From NCBI GenBank assembly GCA_040954595.2, contig CM082595.2:2651943-2715942 (forward strand): 64,000 bases of DNA, read 5' to 3'. Below are positions 60,501 through 64,000 of the stretch, one piece after another. The notes below the pieces were generated by a model that was not told the DNA's origin, ran no database searches, and was given only the letters and a program-made list of their open reading frames with translations. The position numbers and the translations under genes were made by a program. This DNA is from Balanoglossus misakiensis. Taxonomy: Eukaryota; Animalia; Hemichordata. The first letter of the stretch is position 1. Every line of letters starts with the position of its first letter.

Positions 60501-63500
60501 TGAAATCTGGTTGTTCTGTAACTTATACACTGGTAGTCTTGCCATCATTTTAGCAGCCAGGCATAGGTGTAGCTTGGTAGTCCATCAGACTAGGATAGGC
60601 ATGTATTGTGGTCCATAATAGCGCTTAATTTTCTAACTCTTGCGACGTTTTAAGCATCAGACATTTTCCATTAGATGGAAATTATTTCAGGAAATTAATT
60701 AACAAACTAGTAATGCTAGCCAAGTAACACCGCTAATCAAGCTTGTTAAATTCTAACGTATTTGTGACAAGATTCTCTAAAATTCTCTAGAGGTAATCAT
60801 ATTGTTATCAGATGATGTTATTTCATCTAATTGAGCTCATGATTTTGATTCAGGTTTTGTTTGGTGTCAGCATTGTTAGTTGTGAGTTTGCAGTGCAGAT
60901 TGCATGCACGTGTTAACAGGGCTTATTCAAAGCTGTAGCAATTTTTAAAGTAATATTTAGTTTTGATTGGGGTGGACTAGAAAAATGTAACATGGTTTGC
61001 ATAGAATTAATCAAGGCAGTCAGTGGAAGGATGAACATGGAGAAAATAGGCCATGGTTTGTTCCAAATCCATTGTTTTCTAAGGCAAAGTTTGACTCCTA
61101 TGCAGTGAAATGGGGATTAGATCGGTAAATAATATGTGGTAGGCATATTTCTTGTTAGTGTGTGTGTATCTGAAAAGCAGATCTTGGTAGTAAAATTGTT
61201 GTGTCTGTACGTGTCTTGGAGATCATCAAATTATTCTTTTTTTTCAGCAAAAGTCCCGTGGAAAGTAAAGTAACGACTTGAAAAAGTTCTTGTGTATTCT
61301 TCAATGAATGCGCAGAAACAAGTGAAGAAATTCCAAATCAAGTTTCTGAAAACGCAACTGGTCAATCTTCTGATGTGTATCTCTTTCAGTGTATCTGTCC
61401 ACTCCTGTTATTTTCCTCCAAGCCAACTACAGCATCCACGCACACACTTACACTGTACAAAACAAACTGACCATCAATCTAGTTTCAGGTGTACACCTTC
61501 ACAAGTAATATACAACTGTCACTGATTTCCCTTTCAGGATCCCAACACCGTTAGTGCTGGATCAGGGCTACATCAATTTGAAGAACAGTGTGATCAAGGC
61601 AGAGAGGAGAGTCCTGAAGGAACTTGGGTTTTGTGTTCATGTCAAACATCCGCACAAAGTAAGTTTAGGGTGCTTTGTTTTTATATCACAGCAACTGTTA
61701 CATTCTGTCTGTGAGATTGGGACAGGTGTCCTCTTTAAAATTACTGTGGAACCAGTTTTGAGGGTAAACAATTTGCTGTTTCGAGGGTTGAATTGGCATT
61801 CTATATTCCTATCTTGTATATGTACTTAGCTGTACATTGTCCATGATGTTCGGAGTCTGTTAAAAAACAACTGTTGCTTTAATCCATAGCTGTCTTCTAT
61901 TACAGATGATTGTAACATATCTACAAATTCTTGAATGTGAACGCAATCTGAAGTTAGTGCAGACTGCATGGTAAGTTGAGCTTCATCAAATTTCTACCCC
62001 CATCCTGGCTTAAAAACCAATGCTTAAAGGAATTCAGTCACCTTAAATCTACGTATGCCCACATATGGTCAAGAGGGTATCTGAACCTTCGACTGACCAT
62101 ATTGGGGCGTACTTTTGAACATGTGGTCACCCACTATGATCACAGCTTTCCATGGTAACAGCTTTCCATGGTAACTAACTTTGGCTAAATTCGCATAGGT
62201 GACTGTATACCTTGAACTTCCCCCAACATCAAAACTGCACACAGTTGCCAACTTGCTATGTTTGTTACGTTCAAATCAACAGATGTAACAGACGTTAAGC
62301 TTGTGATTTTAACTTGCCTCGGTCATCCACAAGCTGTAAACCTCTTGATTCCTTGCCTCCCCCGCATTGGTTTTGACAGCCACATGTGTAAAGCTGGACT
62401 TTGATTAACGGCCGTCTTTTATCTTTGTTCACCCTAGAGGGGGGTAGATTAAGATTGGTAAGTACATTTGCACCAAGCAATATGCGGCATCTGTCCTCAC
62501 AACCACTGATGATGTCAGCATGGGTCTCTTTTGCTGCTCTGCTATTGGATGGACAAACCAGTGCACCTGGGTTGACCAGTAACCAGTAAAAAAACAGAGA
62601 TACTGAAGATGGGTCCAGAAGATCGTTGCAACTTCCGCTGATGACAAGAATTAATGCCAGAAGAAAGCTTTTATTCTAAGCAGCATAATTACATTCATTG
62701 AATGACTCTAGTGCTGTTGAATATTTTATGAATGCTGGAGGAGGACAGAACGAACTAAGTGACTAGCTGAAGTAATGACTAGAAAATGAATCGTTTCCAT
62801 TGCTTATTATCTTGGTGCATTTCTGACAAGTTGGTTTTACTATTAACTATGTCAGACAAAGTTTCTTGCAGACTGAGTTTGTAGTCAGTCAGTCTCTTGG
62901 AATGGAATGGTTTTGCACAGAACCATCCGGACCAGTCGCTCAAGAAGAAATTCATGATTTGAGACCACGGAGATTCTGCCGTAAGAATGACTTTGTGAAA
63001 GACATTGTAAACACGCAAGGACTTCACATCCAAAGAGAACCTGTGGAACTCCCTGGAGTGGCGGAGTGAAGTGAAAGAGAGGACATAGCTTGGTGCATTT
63101 GTATTTTACCACGGTCTTTCTAACTACTCACAATTTCATGTTTGTCTGTCGAGTCCCAATTCATGTTACGCAGAGCTGTGTGTGATCTGTGGTTGGTACG
63201 TCTGTTAATATTATTGAACGGTGCCCATAAATTGACCAGTTATCAATGATTTTCCGGGGTGGGTCTTGATAATTTTGACCCAAAAGTAATGAAAACCAAA
63301 ACATGGCTGTCCCAGTAGCATGTTTACAGAACAGCTCAAGAGGTTCATTCTATTCTGCAATATGTCTGCTAATTCAGTAGTGCTCTATATCCAAGAACCA
63401 GACTTGTTCACTGTGAGTTCGAAAAGACCTTTTGAGCTGAACTGTATCTGTGGTGGAAATGCAACACTTTTGTAAAGTATATAACTAACGCCTAGATGCC

Positions 63501-63892
63501 TCTTCTGCTCTCTTTTAGGAACTACATGAATGACAGTCTACGTACCAATGTCTTTGTCTGTTTCAACCCGGAGACCATAGCTTGTGCCTGTATTTTCCTG
63601 TCTGCCAGACAGCTCAAGGTTGGTAACACTATACATCAGTTCTACAATCATCAAATTTTACTGGTGGTGGTTGTTGCCCAGAGCCGACAGAGTTAGAAAC
63701 TTTCTGATCTGTACTCTACAGCAGAAGTGAAGTCTCAACTATCATTTTACAATTTACTTATGTTGATGTTATTATCGTTCTTGACAGCTGCCACTACCAA
63801 ATCGTCCACCATGGTATACATTGCTCGGTGCTTCAGAGGATGACTTGGTTGTGATCTCACTGACGATATTGCAGTTATACGCAAGGCCAAAG
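57538..63892 (+). CDS. CCNL1: Cyclin L (CCNL1/2 ortholog), 5' part; truncated at window end
   Basis: Exons encode [24 protein letters not shown]|[18 protein letters not shown]|...[25 protein letters not shown]|...[21 protein letters not shown]|[10 protein letters not shown]...VQTAW|[13 protein letters not shown]|LPLPNRPPW, all diagnostic cyclin L cyclin-box sequence. Confidence 0.96.
62438..62457 (+). other. Candidate poison microexon in the cyclin L QTAW|NYMND intron
   Basis: Pyrimidine tract and ccctag|aggggggtagattaagattg|gtaagt. It introduces a stop with either acceptor. Confidence 0.55.
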
Positions 63893-64000
63893 GTATGTGA
63901 ATGTCTTGGCACTCTTTTTGCATATGTGGCTACCCAGTGAAAATCCATGATTGGCTAGATCTGAACTCTCCATGGTTACATTTGCATAGATGACTGAATC

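Noticed and set aside
62500-62612. Possible intronic C/D snoRNA (TGATGA...CTGA) in cyclin L
   Set aside because: No convincing terminal stem or recognisable rRNA guide; a snoscan or Infernal search would be needed.

Overview
Eukaryotic, intron-rich animal genomic DNA. Gene content suggests an invertebrate deuterostome such as a hemichordate, echinoderm or cephalochordate; this is inference only. Left to right: (1) the 5' end of a minus-strand p53/p63/p73-family gene, missed by the ORF track, with a non-coding first exon near 17.8 kb, a ~17 kb first intron, a transactivation (TA) exon encoding PLSQETFNQLWSQL and a candidate internal DeltaN first exon; (2) DNAJC16 (+); (3) SDF4/Cab45 (-); (4) a class-A orphan GPCR (+) with an intronless CDS and a ~825-aa third intracellular loop carrying two internal repeat families; (5) MORN1 (+) with duplicated, apparently mutually exclusive exons and microexons; (6-7) two tandem secreted S1 serine proteases with RxRR activation sites and an acidic residue at position 226; (8) cyclin L (+), truncated by the window end, with poison-exon candidates. 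Human orthologs or paralogs of most of these genes lie on 1p36. Microsatellites and two small MITE families are present. No CRISPR array, rRNA or convincing tRNA was seen. Exon boundaries were read by eye and have no transcript support.
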